In this document: piece by piece, positions 20,994-29,102 of the stretch | Position numbering within the stretch: position 1 is the first letter of the stretch | Layout of the letters: each line of letters starts with the position of its first letter | DNA from: Thermoanaerobaculia bacterium | Lineage (GTDB): Bacteria > Acidobacteriota > Thermoanaerobaculia > UBA5066 | NCBI GenBank assembly: GCA_963816185.1 | Contig: CAWFJJ010000024.1 | Span: 608,001 to 672,000, forward strand | Reading direction: 5' to 3' | DNA: 64,000 nt | Notes under the pieces: generated by a model | What the model was told of the DNA's origin: nothing | What the model saw: only the letters and a program-made list of their open reading frames with translations | Databases searched by the model: none | Program-made: the position numbers and the translations under genes

Positions 20994-22367
20994 TCAGAGT
21001 CGGTACTTCCGGCAGAGGTACTTCATCTGGTTCGCGTCGAGGCCGAGCGCTTCGGCGGCACGCGCTTTGACCCCGCCGGAGCGCGCGATCGCCCGGGCGA
21101 TCCTCTCGCGCTCGAACCGGGCGATAGCCTCCGAGAGAGGCAGGTCGTCGTCGGCCCTTCGGCCCGTCGTCTCGGGTAGCGCCTCGGATCGGCCGAGAGC
21201 TCCCGGGAGATGCTCCGGAGCGATCGTCTCACCGTCCACCATCAGCGTCAGCATCTCGACGAGGTGCTCGAGCTCGCGCACATTCCCGCGGAAGGGGTGC
21301 GTCGCGAGCGCCTGTAGCGTCTCGTGGGCGAAGGCCTTCGGCGGCCGGCCGGCCCGCGCCGCCGCCCGCTCCGCGAAAAGCTCGACGAGGAGCGGAAGGT
21401 CCTCCCGTCGCTCGCGGAGGGGCGGAATCCTAAGGGGAACCGTGTTCAGCCGGTAGAAGAGGTCCTCCCGGAAGGTCCCCGTCCGTACCCGCGCCCCGAG
21501 GTCCTCGTTCGTGGCGGCGACGAGGCGGATGTCGACCGCGATCGGCTTTCGTCCACCCACCCGCTCGACCTCCCGGCTCTCGAGAGCGCGCAGGAGCTTC
21601 GCCTGCACTGCGGGCGATAGGGTCGCGACCTCGTCGAGGAAGAGCGTTCCCTTGTGCGCCAGCTCGAACTTTCCGGGCCGCGACGCCATGGCTCCGGTGA
21701 AGGCTCCGCGCTCGTGCCCGAAGAGCTCCGACTCGGCGAGCGCCTCGGGCAGGGCGGAGCTGTTCACGACGACGAAGGGGCCATCTCTGCGCGGGCTTCC
21801 CGCGTGGATCGCCTCGGCCACCAGCTCCTTTCCGGTCCCGCTCTCGCCGTAAATGAGGACCGTCGCGTCGGAGGGCGCCACCTTCCCGATCGCCTCGAAG
21901 AGAGCACGCATCGGGGCGCTCGCCCCGACGAGCCGGCCGAGCGAGCGCCGCCGGAGCGCCTCCTCCCGGAGGGTGCGATTCTCTCGGAGGAGGCGGTGCC
22001 GCTCGAGCGCCCGCGAGAGGACGACGAGGAGCTCGACCGTGTCGAACGGCTTCCTGAAGAAGTCGAAGGCGCCGAGCTCGAGTGCGCTGAGCGCGAGGCG
22101 CCGCTCGGTCTCCGCCGTCATCACGAGGACCGTCGCGTCGGCACACTTCTTCCGGAGAGCGGCGACGAGGCGCAGCCCCTCCTCCGGCTCGCCCGAGGGC
22201 GGGAGCCGGAGATCCACGAGGAAGACGTCCGGATCGTGGTCTGCGAGCGCGAGCCCTTCGGCGGTGTCGCGGGCGGGAAGGACCTCGAACCGGCCCTTCA
22301 GCGCCCAGGCGAGCTGATCGAGAAGGACCGGGTCGTCTTCCACGACCACGATGCGCCCGGACTCCAC
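20994..22367 (-). CDS. Sigma54-dependent response regulator (NtrC/PrsR-like)
   Basis: Receiver (VVEDD, VDLRLPP), GESGTGKE, GAFTGA, FLDEV, FREDLFYRL, C-terminal Fis-type HTH. Confidence 0.95.
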   Translation of the reverse strand: MESGRIVVVEDDPVLLDQLAWALKGRFEVLPARDTAEGLALADHDPDVFLVDLRLPPSGEPEEGLRLVAALRKKCADATVLVMTAETERRLALSALELGAFDFFRKPFDTVELLVVLSRALERHRLLRENRTLREEALRRRSLGRLVGASAPMRALFEAIGKVAPSDATVLIYGESGTGKELVAEAIHAGSPRRDGPFVVVNSSALPEALAESELFGHERGAFTGAMASRPGKFELAHKGTLFLDEVATLSPAVQAKLLRALESREVERVGGRKPIAVDIRLVAATNEDLGARVRTGTFREDLFYRLNTVPLRIPPLRERREDLPLLVELFAERAAARAGRPPKAFAHETLQALATHPFRGNVRELEHLVEMLTLMVDGETIAPEHLPGALGRSEALPETTGRRADDDLPLSEAIARFERERIARAIARSGGVKARAAEALGLDANQMKYLCRKYRL

Positions 22368-22369
22368 GT

Positions 22370-23080
22370 TCAGCTCCTTTCGCGCGCGCCACCCTGCGGG
22401 GAACCGGCGCCGGGGAGCGTCACCCGGACCAGCGTTCCCGCATCGGGCCCGCTCTCGACGGCGATTTCGCCGCCGTGCAGCCCGAGAATCTGGCGGGCGG
22501 TGTAGAGGCCGAGCCCAACGCCGCCCGGCTTAGTCGTCCGGAAGGGATGGAAGAGGTCCGAGGCGAGGAACTCCGGCGTCATCCCCGGGCCGTCGTCCTG
22601 AATCTCGACGACAGCCCTCGTCCGCCCTCCGCGCCGTGCCGAGAACGCGCGCACCGTGACGAGCCCGCCAGCGGCTTCGAGAGCGTTCTGAAACACGTTC
22701 TGGAACGCCTCGCCGAGATAGAACGGATCCCCCCAGACGCGGGGGAGCTCGTCGATCTCCGTCGCGACCCGCACCGCCGGACCGCCGGCGCGCTGCCGGG
22801 GCGCGGCCACGACCTCGCGGAGCAGGTCGGCCGGGTCGATCGGTATCTTGATCAAGACCGCCTCGCGGCTCGCGGCCCAGTGCGTCAGGGCGGCGTCGAT
22901 CTTCTGGACTGTCGACTGGAGCAGGTCGGAGACGCTGCGCTTGAAGTCGGGGTCGCCGTAGTGCTCGTCGAGGTTCCCGAGAAGGAGGTTCAGCCGCTGC
23001 CCCACGTTCTTCATGTCGTGGAGAAGGACGGAGTCGGCGGCCGTTCTGAGACCGCGCGATCCGGCGCGGTGGCGGCTCAC
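22370..23080 (-). CDS. Sensor-less histidine kinase (PrsK-like DHp + HATPase)
   Basis: HDMKN..LNLLLGN..HYGDPDF resembles the PrsK H-box; QNALEA, DDGPGM and FHPFRTTKPGGVGLGLY; no TM or sensor region; start overlaps the upstream stop. Confidence 0.85.
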   Translation of the reverse strand: MSRHRAGSRGLRTAADSVLLHDMKNVGQRLNLLLGNLDEHYGDPDFKRSVSDLLQSTVQKIDAALTHWAASREAVLIKIPIDPADLLREVVAAPRQRAGGPAVRVATEIDELPRVWGDPFYLGEAFQNVFQNALEAAGGLVTVRAFSARRGGRTRAVVEIQDDGPGMTPEFLASDLFHPFRTTKPGGVGLGLYTARQILGLHGGEIAVESGPDAGTLVRVTLPGAGSPQGGARERS

Positions 23081-23874
23081 GGCCTTGCCGGCGCGCCGCC
23101 GAAGCCGAGCTGGACCGCCATCCCAGGCCTCAGGGTGCCCTTCGGGTCCCGGCGGACCCTGACGATGACCTGAACGGTGCCGCTCCCGGGATCGAGGACC
23201 GGGCTGACGAAGCTGACGCGGCCGGTCGAGAGGGCCTCCGGAAAATCGGGGGCGTGCACCGAAACCTCCTGCCCGACCTTCACCGCCCGGAGGGCCGTGC
23301 CCGGGAGGAAGGCGCGCGCGAGGAGAGGCTCGAGCGCCATCACCTTGAAGAGCGGCTTGCTCTCCTCGAGAGTGAACTTCTCTCCCACGCGCGCGTAACG
23401 GTCGGCCACGATCCCGTCGAAAGGAGCCCGCACGACCGACCGGTCGATCACGAGCTTCGCCCTCTCAAGCTCCACGAGGGCAAGCTCATGCCGCGATCTC
23501 CTCTGCTCGAACTCGGCCTCGCTCGTCAGGTTCTGGCGGCGCAGCTCCTCGTACCGCTTCAGGTCCGCAAGACTCACGGCGAGCGTCTCCTCCGCGGCGC
23601 GGAGGTCGAGCTGGAATTCCCGCTGATCGAGCGTCGCGAGGGCCTGCCCCTTGCGGACCTGATCTCCACGGTCGGCCTGGATGGAATCGATCACCCCGGT
23701 GACCCGCGTGGTCACGGTGACCTCCTGCTCGACCATCAGGTTCGAGGCGACCGTGAGCGCGGGAGACGCGGGCACCGGCGCACCGGCGCCGGCCCTCGCG
23801 AGGTTAAGGAGGGAGATGGCGATGAACGCCCGACCAGAAAGCCGGATTGGTCCGCGCGTGATTTTCTTTCTCAA
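23077..23874 (-). CDS. Stand-alone RND/HlyD-type periplasmic adaptor (MFP); start uncertain
   Basis: VTGVIDSIQADRGDQVRKGQ, coiled hairpin, VRAPFDGIV, FVSPVLDPGSGT, LRPGM; hydrophobic N-terminal leader. Confidence 0.85.
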   Translation of the reverse strand: MRKKITRGPIRLSGRAFIAISLLNLARAGAGAPVPASPALTVASNLMVEQEVTVTTRVTGVIDSIQADRGDQVRKGQALATLDQREFQLDLRAAEETLAVSLADLKRYEELRRQNLTSEAEFEQRRSRHELALVELERAKLVIDRSVVRAPFDGIVADRYARVGEKFTLEESKPLFKVMALEPLLARAFLPGTALRAVKVGQEVSVHAPDFPEALSTGRVSFVSPVLDPGSGTVQVIVRVRRDPKGTLRPGMAVQLGFGGAPARP

Positions 23875-24000
23875 GATGTCCGGAAGGGAATGATACAGAA
23901 GCTCCCGGCGGGCATCGACCTCGGGGAGACGAGCGCGCTCGAGGGTCCGATTCTGAGGATCTGACGGATCACGGCTTAGAGGTCTATCCTGTATCAGGCG

Positions 24001-24180
24001 GTGCTCGTGTCGACTCCGTTTCTCCTCGGTCTGGTGGTTGTTTCCGGTGCCCTTGCGATCTGGTATTTCCGCGTCCGAGCCGCGCGGGGCTCCGCGCGCG
24101 ACCTCGCGGCGAGGAAGACCCGTAACGCGGCGGTGCGCAGCGCGCAGAGCGTCGAGTCGGCGATTCGAGGGCGGCGATAG
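24001..24180 (+). CDS. Putative 59-aa single-TM small protein
   Basis: MLVSTPFLLGLVVVSGALAIWYFRVRAARGSARDLAARK..RGRR*; fills the intergenic gap; below the ORF-track cut-off; weak RBS. Confidence 0.45.
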   Translation: MLVSTPFLLGLVVVSGALAIWYFRVRAARGSARDLAARKTRNAAVRSAQSVESAIRGRR

Positions 24181-24235
24181 GCGATAAGCCGCCCCGGTGT
24201 AACGCCGACGAGGACCTTCGGGAGAGAATGGACCC

Positions 24236-25255
24236 ATGGGCGTCGCTCTCGCGCTCCTCCTCGCGGCCGTCTCGGGCCAGGAGACTCAACACGCCGGGAG
24301 AGTGAGCAGCGCAGTACGCGTCGAGCGCGTCCTCGTGGACGCCTACGTGACGACCGGTTCGGGCGAGCCCATTCCGGACCTCACGGCGGCTGATTTCCGC
24401 GTGAAGGTAGCCGGACAGCCCGTGGAGCTCGAGTCGGCGGAATGGATCCCCGCGGGCCGTCCCGAGGTCGTGCCGTTTCCGCCAGGAGAATTGGTCGGCG
24501 CCGAGGAAGGACCAGCGACCCTCGCCTGGCCGCCCGGGCGCGTCATCGTCGTCTTCGTGCAGGAAGACTTCTCGCGTCAAAGGCAGAAGGGCCTGATGGA
24601 CATGGGGCAGCACCTGGACCGCTTCCTGTCGAGGCTCGTGCCGACCGATCGGGTCGCGGTCGTCTCGTACGACTCTCATCTGAAGCTGCGCCGAGACTTC
24701 ACGTCCGACCCGGAGCAGATCCGCGCGGGCTTTTTCGAATCGTTCTTTTTCGACGAGCCCCCTCCTCCCCCGGCCGGGCCCTTCCCGTCGCTCGCCCGGT
24801 ACCTCGACTTCAAGGCGGCGAAGAAGGCTGCGTCCGTGGACAAGGGACTCGCTCTCGTGGCTCGCGCCCTCTCGAAGATCCCAGGCGGCAAGGCGATGCT
24901 CTATTTCGGCTGGGGGCTTCAAGTGGACGGCACGCCGCGAGAGGGGCGCGACGCGGGTGAAGCGATCGGAGCGCTCTACGAGGCCCGTGTGAACGTCTTC
25001 ACTCTCGACATCTCCGACGCGGACTACCACACGCTGGAAGTGCGTCTCATCGATGCGGCCGAATTGACCGGCGGCCGGTACGAGAAGACGCACATCTTCA
25101 CGGGTGGCGCGCTCTCGCGAGTCGTGAAGAGTCTCGGGGGGCGATACGTCCTCGTCTTCGTGAAGCCCGACGGACCGCGCGGCTTCCATCCTCTTTCCGT
25201 CCAGCTCGCCGGGCGGAAAGGAGAAGTCGTCGCGCGACCGTACTACCAGGACTGA
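24236..25255 (+). CDS. Secreted VWA-domain protein (acidobacterial VWFA-related type)
   Basis: Signal peptide; VLVDAYVT..GEPIPDLTAADF, DRVAVVSYD, DFTSD, IPGGKAMLYF, AELTGG. Confidence 0.8.
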   Translation: MGVALALLLAAVSGQETQHAGRVSSAVRVERVLVDAYVTTGSGEPIPDLTAADFRVKVAGQPVELESAEWIPAGRPEVVPFPPGELVGAEEGPATLAWPPGRVIVVFVQEDFSRQRQKGLMDMGQHLDRFLSRLVPTDRVAVVSYDSHLKLRRDFTSDPEQIRAGFFESFFFDEPPPPPAGPFPSLARYLDFKAAKKAASVDKGLALVARALSKIPGGKAMLYFGWGLQVDGTPREGRDAGEAIGALYEARVNVFTLDISDADYHTLEVRLIDAAELTGGRYEKTHIFTGGALSRVVKSLGGRYVLVFVKPDGPRGFHPLSVQLAGRKGEVVARPYYQD

Positions 25256-25302
25256 CGCTCGGGCCGAGGGAGCGCCCACGGATACAATCACGTCAGACCT
25301 TC

Positions 25303-27687
25303 ATGACACTCTCAGTGGGTGCTCGTCTAGGCCCTTATGAGATTCTCGCGCCACTCGGCGCGGGCGGCATGGGGGAGGTCTACAAGGCGAAGGACACGCG
25401 CCTCGACCGAGAAGTCGCGCTGAAGGTCCTGCCGGACGACCTCTTCGAAGACAAGGATCGCGTCGCGCGCTTCCAGCGCGAGGCGAAATCGCTTGCCTCG
25501 CTGAATCACCCCGGCATCGCCGCCGTTCATTCCTTCGAAGAGGTCTCCGGGCGTCATGTTCTCGTCATGGAGCTGCTCGAGGGGGAGACTCTGCGTGAGC
25601 GACTCTCCGGGGGCGCGATCCCGGTCCGGAGGGCCGTTGCGTACGGTGTGCAGATCGCGCGGGGCCTCGCCGCCGCGCACGAGCGGGGAATTGTTCACCG
25701 CGACCTCAAGCCCGAAAACCTCTTCGTGACGAAGGACGAGCGCGTCAAGATCCTGGATTTCGGCCTCGCCAAGAAGACGAGCCGGGCGACGGACGGCGCG
25801 GAAAGCACGAAATCACCGACGCTGACGGCGGGAACGGAAGCGGGCGTCGTCCTGGGCACGGTCGGCTACATGTCGCCCGAACAGGTGCGGGGAGAGAGCG
25901 TCGATTTTCGCTCCGACATCTTCTCCCTAGGCGCGATCCTCTACGAGATGTTGTCGGGCAGGCGCGCGTTCCGGGGCGCCTCGAACGCGGACACGCTCAG
26001 CGCGATCCTGAAGGAGGAGACGGCGGACCTCACGGCGTCGAACCCGGAGATCCCACCTTCGGTGGCCCGGGTGATCCGCCACTGTCTCGAAAAGAGTCCG
26101 CAAGTGCGTTTCCACTCCGCCAGCGATGTCGCTTTCGCCCTCGAGGAGGCGTCGGGCACGGAAGCCGAGGCACGGCCGGCCGCCGCCGCGCCGGGGCGCA
26201 CGCGCACGCGCCGGTTCGTTGCCACGGGAGCCGTGGTCCTGACCGTCCTCGCGATTCTCGCGATCGCCGCCGGGAAGTTCCGCAAGCCACCTCCGGGCGG
26301 CGCCGCCGGCGGCATCCAGTCGATCGCGGTCCTGCCGCTCGAGAACTTCTCCCGAGACGCCGAACAGGAGTACTTCGCCGACGGCATGACGGAGGAGCTG
26401 ATCACGGATCTCGCCCAGATCCGGTCTCTGCGCGTGATCTCGCGAACCTCGTCGATGGCGTACAAGGGGACGAAGAAGAAGATCCCGGAAATCGGGCGGG
26501 AGTTGAACGTCGACGCGGTGCTGGAAGGCTCCGTCCAACGGAGCGGTCCGCGTGTACGCGTGACCGCGCAGCTCATCCGCGCCTCCACGGACCAGCATCT
26601 CTGGGCCCGTAGCTACGAGCGGGATCTGAGCGATGTCCTCGGCCTCCAGAGCGAGATCGCGGCGGCCGTGGCCCACGAAGTTCAGGCCGCACTGACTCCC
26701 GAGGAAAAGATGCGCCTGACTCAGGCGAGGTCCATCGACCCGGAAGCGCACGAGCTCTACCTGAAGGGCCGTTTCCACTGGAACAAGGGGACAGAGGGCG
26801 ACCTCGTCGCGGCGATCCGGGACTTCGAGAGCGCGCTGGCGAAGGACCCCGGCTACGCCCCGGCCTGGGCCGGCATTGCGGACTCCTACGTCTCCCTTTC
26901 GGACGTCTACCGACCCCCCTACGAAACGATGCCCAAGGCGAAGGCGGCCGCCACGAAGGCTCTGCAGCTTGACGAGACGCTGGCCGATGCGCACGTCTCG
27001 CTCGCCAATATTCAGCTCAACTACGACCGGGACTGGGCCGCCACCCAGCGCGAGGCCCGGCGTGCTCTGGAGCTGAATCCGAACTCGGCGGGCGCGCACG
27101 ACATCCTCGGCCTCTATTTCACCGTTATCGGACGCGCGGCAGAGAGCGCGGCCGAGGCTGCGCGTGCGTTGGAGCTCGATCCCCTCTCCGTCACGTTCAC
27201 CTCCGACGCCGGCTGGGGCCGGCTCGCGGCGCGCGATTACGACAAGGCCATCGAGTTCTTTCACAAGGCGGTGGAGATCGAGCCCGGCTTCGGCTTCGCC
27301 CACGAGAGCTTGGCGATCGCTTACGTCCAGAAGCGCATGTGCCCCGAGGCGATCGCCGACGCCGAAAAAGGGACGAAGGCGGACGACAGCCCCTTCGTGT
27401 TCGCCACGTCCGGGGGGGTCTACGCGGCCTGTGGCAAGAGCGACAGGGCGCGGGAAGTCCTGGACAAACTCGCCGGACCTTACCGGGACCGGTACGTCTG
27501 CCCGTACGAGATCGCCATCATCCACATCGGCCTTGGTGAGAAGGACGCAGCTTTCCGGTCATTCGAGAAAGCGCTGCAAGACCGGTCCATCTGCGTCCCG
27601 TTCCTCAAGGTCGATCCGCGTCTCGACCCCATCCGCTCCGACCCCCGATACCTCGACCTCGTGCGGCGCCTCGCGTTCCCGACCTGA
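25303..27687 (+). CDS. Ser/Thr kinase-TM-TolB_N-like-TPR protein
   Basis: Kinase motifs; TM helix; SIAVLPLEN..EYFADGMTEELI; TPR repeats; DPRLDPIRSDPR end. Confidence 0.95.
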   Translation: MTLSVGARLGPYEILAPLGAGGMGEVYKAKDTRLDREVALKVLPDDLFEDKDRVARFQREAKSLASLNHPGIAAVHSFEEVSGRHVLVMELLEGETLRERLSGGAIPVRRAVAYGVQIARGLAAAHERGIVHRDLKPENLFVTKDERVKILDFGLAKKTSRATDGAESTKSPTLTAGTEAGVVLGTVGYMSPEQVRGESVDFRSDIFSLGAILYEMLSGRRAFRGASNADTLSAILKEETADLTASNPEIPPSVARVIRHCLEKSPQVRFHSASDVAFALEEASGTEAEARPAAAAPGRTRTRRFVATGAVVLTVLAILAIAAGKFRKPPPGGAAGGIQSIAVLPLENFSRDAEQEYFADGMTEELITDLAQIRSLRVISRTSSMAYKGTKKKIPEIGRELNVDAVLEGSVQRSGPRVRVTAQLIRASTDQHLWARSYERDLSDVLGLQSEIAAAVAHEVQAALTPEEKMRLTQARSIDPEAHELYLKGRFHWNKGTEGDLVAAIRDFESALAKDPGYAPAWAGIADSYVSLSDVYRPPYETMPKAKAAATKALQLDETLADAHVSLANIQLNYDRDWAATQREARRALELNPNSAGAHDILGLYFTVIGRAAESAAEAARALELDPLSVTFTSDAGWGRLAARDYDKAIEFFHKAVEIEPGFGFAHESLAIAYVQKRMCPEAIADAEKGTKADDSPFVFATSGGVYAACGKSDRAREVLDKLAGPYRDRYVCPYEIAIIHIGLGEKDAAFRSFEKALQDRSICVPFLKVDPRLDPIRSDPRYLDLVRRLAFPT

Positions 27688-27968
27688 CAGGACAGCCGAC
27701 GTCGAGGTGGCGTCGTCCTGTCCGTGTGTGAAGCCGGGGAGCTGATTCTGGCAAATCTTGCGCGCGGGGGAGGACATTCATCCCTCGGACGTCGATTTCC
27801 GGACACCCCGCCGAAAAATCTGCGCGGGTGAGCGGGACAGGGCCCCTCAGAAGTGCCGTCTCTTCCCGGCTAAGTCATTCTTCAGCCTGAATCTCAGTCG
27901 CATTCTCACGCTTGGAGCGCTCGGTGGCACGAAGTCTGTAGTGGCGGAGGTTCGGGGGGCTCAAGCCC

Positions 27969-29102
27969 ATGAAAAAGCGGATGTTGATGACGTCATTCGT
28001 GTTGGCCGTTTTTCTGGCGGGCATCGGAACGCTGAAGTTTCGGCAGGTTCGGGCAGCGATCGCGAAGAACTCGTCGTTCCAGCCGCCTCCGGAGGCCGTG
28101 ACCACGATCGTCGCGCACACCGAAGAGTGGCCGGCGAACCTCGCGGCCATCGGAACCGCGGTCGCGGTTCAGGGTGTCACGGTCAGCGCGGACCTGCCCG
28201 GGATCGTCGACCAGATCAACGTCGAGTCCGGAAAGGCCGTACGGCAGGGCACCGTCCTCGTGCAATTGGACACGAAGCAGGAGCGGGCGCAACTGGCCGC
28301 CGCCGAGGCGCAGCTCAAGCTCGCGCGCCTCAGCTTCGACCGGCTGCGGCCGCTCAGGGACAAAGGCGTCGTCGCCCAGGCGGACTACGACAAGGCTGCG
28401 GCGGACCAGGCTCAGGCCGAGGCTCACGTCGGCGAGATCCGTGCCACGATCGAGCGGAAGACGATTCGCGCTCCGTTCTCGGGGATTCTCGGGATCCGTG
28501 AGGTGAACCTCGGGCAGTACCTGGCCGCCGGCGACAAGGTCGTGCCTCTTCAATCCCTCGATCCCATCTACGTGAACTTCTCTGTTCCGCAGCAGGAATT
28601 GGGCCGCGTGCGGCCCGGCGCGAGAGTGCGCGTCAGGACCCAGGCATCGGCTGGTCCTCCGGCCGAGCTCATGGGAAAGGTCACGGCGATCGACTCGGTC
28701 GTAAACGACGCCACGCGGAACGTCCAGGTCCAGGCCACGTTCGCGAACCCGAACGGGAAGCTGCGCCCGGGGATGTTCGTGGAAGCGAAAGCCCTTCTCG
28801 GCACGAGCAACAAGGTCATCTCGCTCCCGGCTTCCGCGATCAACTATGCGCCGTACGGCGACTCGGTGTTCGCCGTCGTGACCTTCGAGGCTCCCGATGG
28901 GAGACGCTTTCGAGGCGTCCAGCAGCAGTTCGTGAAGCTCGGCGCTTCGCGCGGCGACCAGGTCGCCGTCGTTTCGGGCATCAAGGACGGACAGGAAGTC
29001 GTGACTTCGGGCGTCTTCAAGCTTCGCAACGGCGCCGCGGTCCTGGTGAACAACAAGGTGCAACCGGCGGACAACCCATCTCCCAAGCCCGAGGACAGCT
29101 GA
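27969..29102 (+). CDS. RND efflux periplasmic adaptor subunit
   Basis: N-terminal anchor; IRAPFSGILGIR, LRPGMFV, GVFKLRNG; coupled to the permease gene. Confidence 0.93.
   Translation: MKKRMLMTSFVLAVFLAGIGTLKFRQVRAAIAKNSSFQPPPEAVTTIVAHTEEWPANLAAIGTAVAVQGVTVSADLPGIVDQINVESGKAVRQGTVLVQLDTKQERAQLAAAEAQLKLARLSFDRLRPLRDKGVVAQADYDKAAADQAQAEAHVGEIRATIERKTIRAPFSGILGIREVNLGQYLAAGDKVVPLQSLDPIYVNFSVPQQELGRVRPGARVRVRTQASAGPPAELMGKVTAIDSVVNDATRNVQVQATFANPNGKLRPGMFVEAKALLGTSNKVISLPASAINYAPYGDSVFAVVTFEAPDGRRFRGVQQQFVKLGASRGDQVAVVSGIKDGQEVVTSGVFKLRNGAAVLVNNKVQPADNPSPKPEDS

Noticed and set aside
27748-27762. TGGCAAATCTTGC as a sigma54 promoter for the RND pump
   Set aside because: GG-to-GC spacing is 8 nt rather than the required 10
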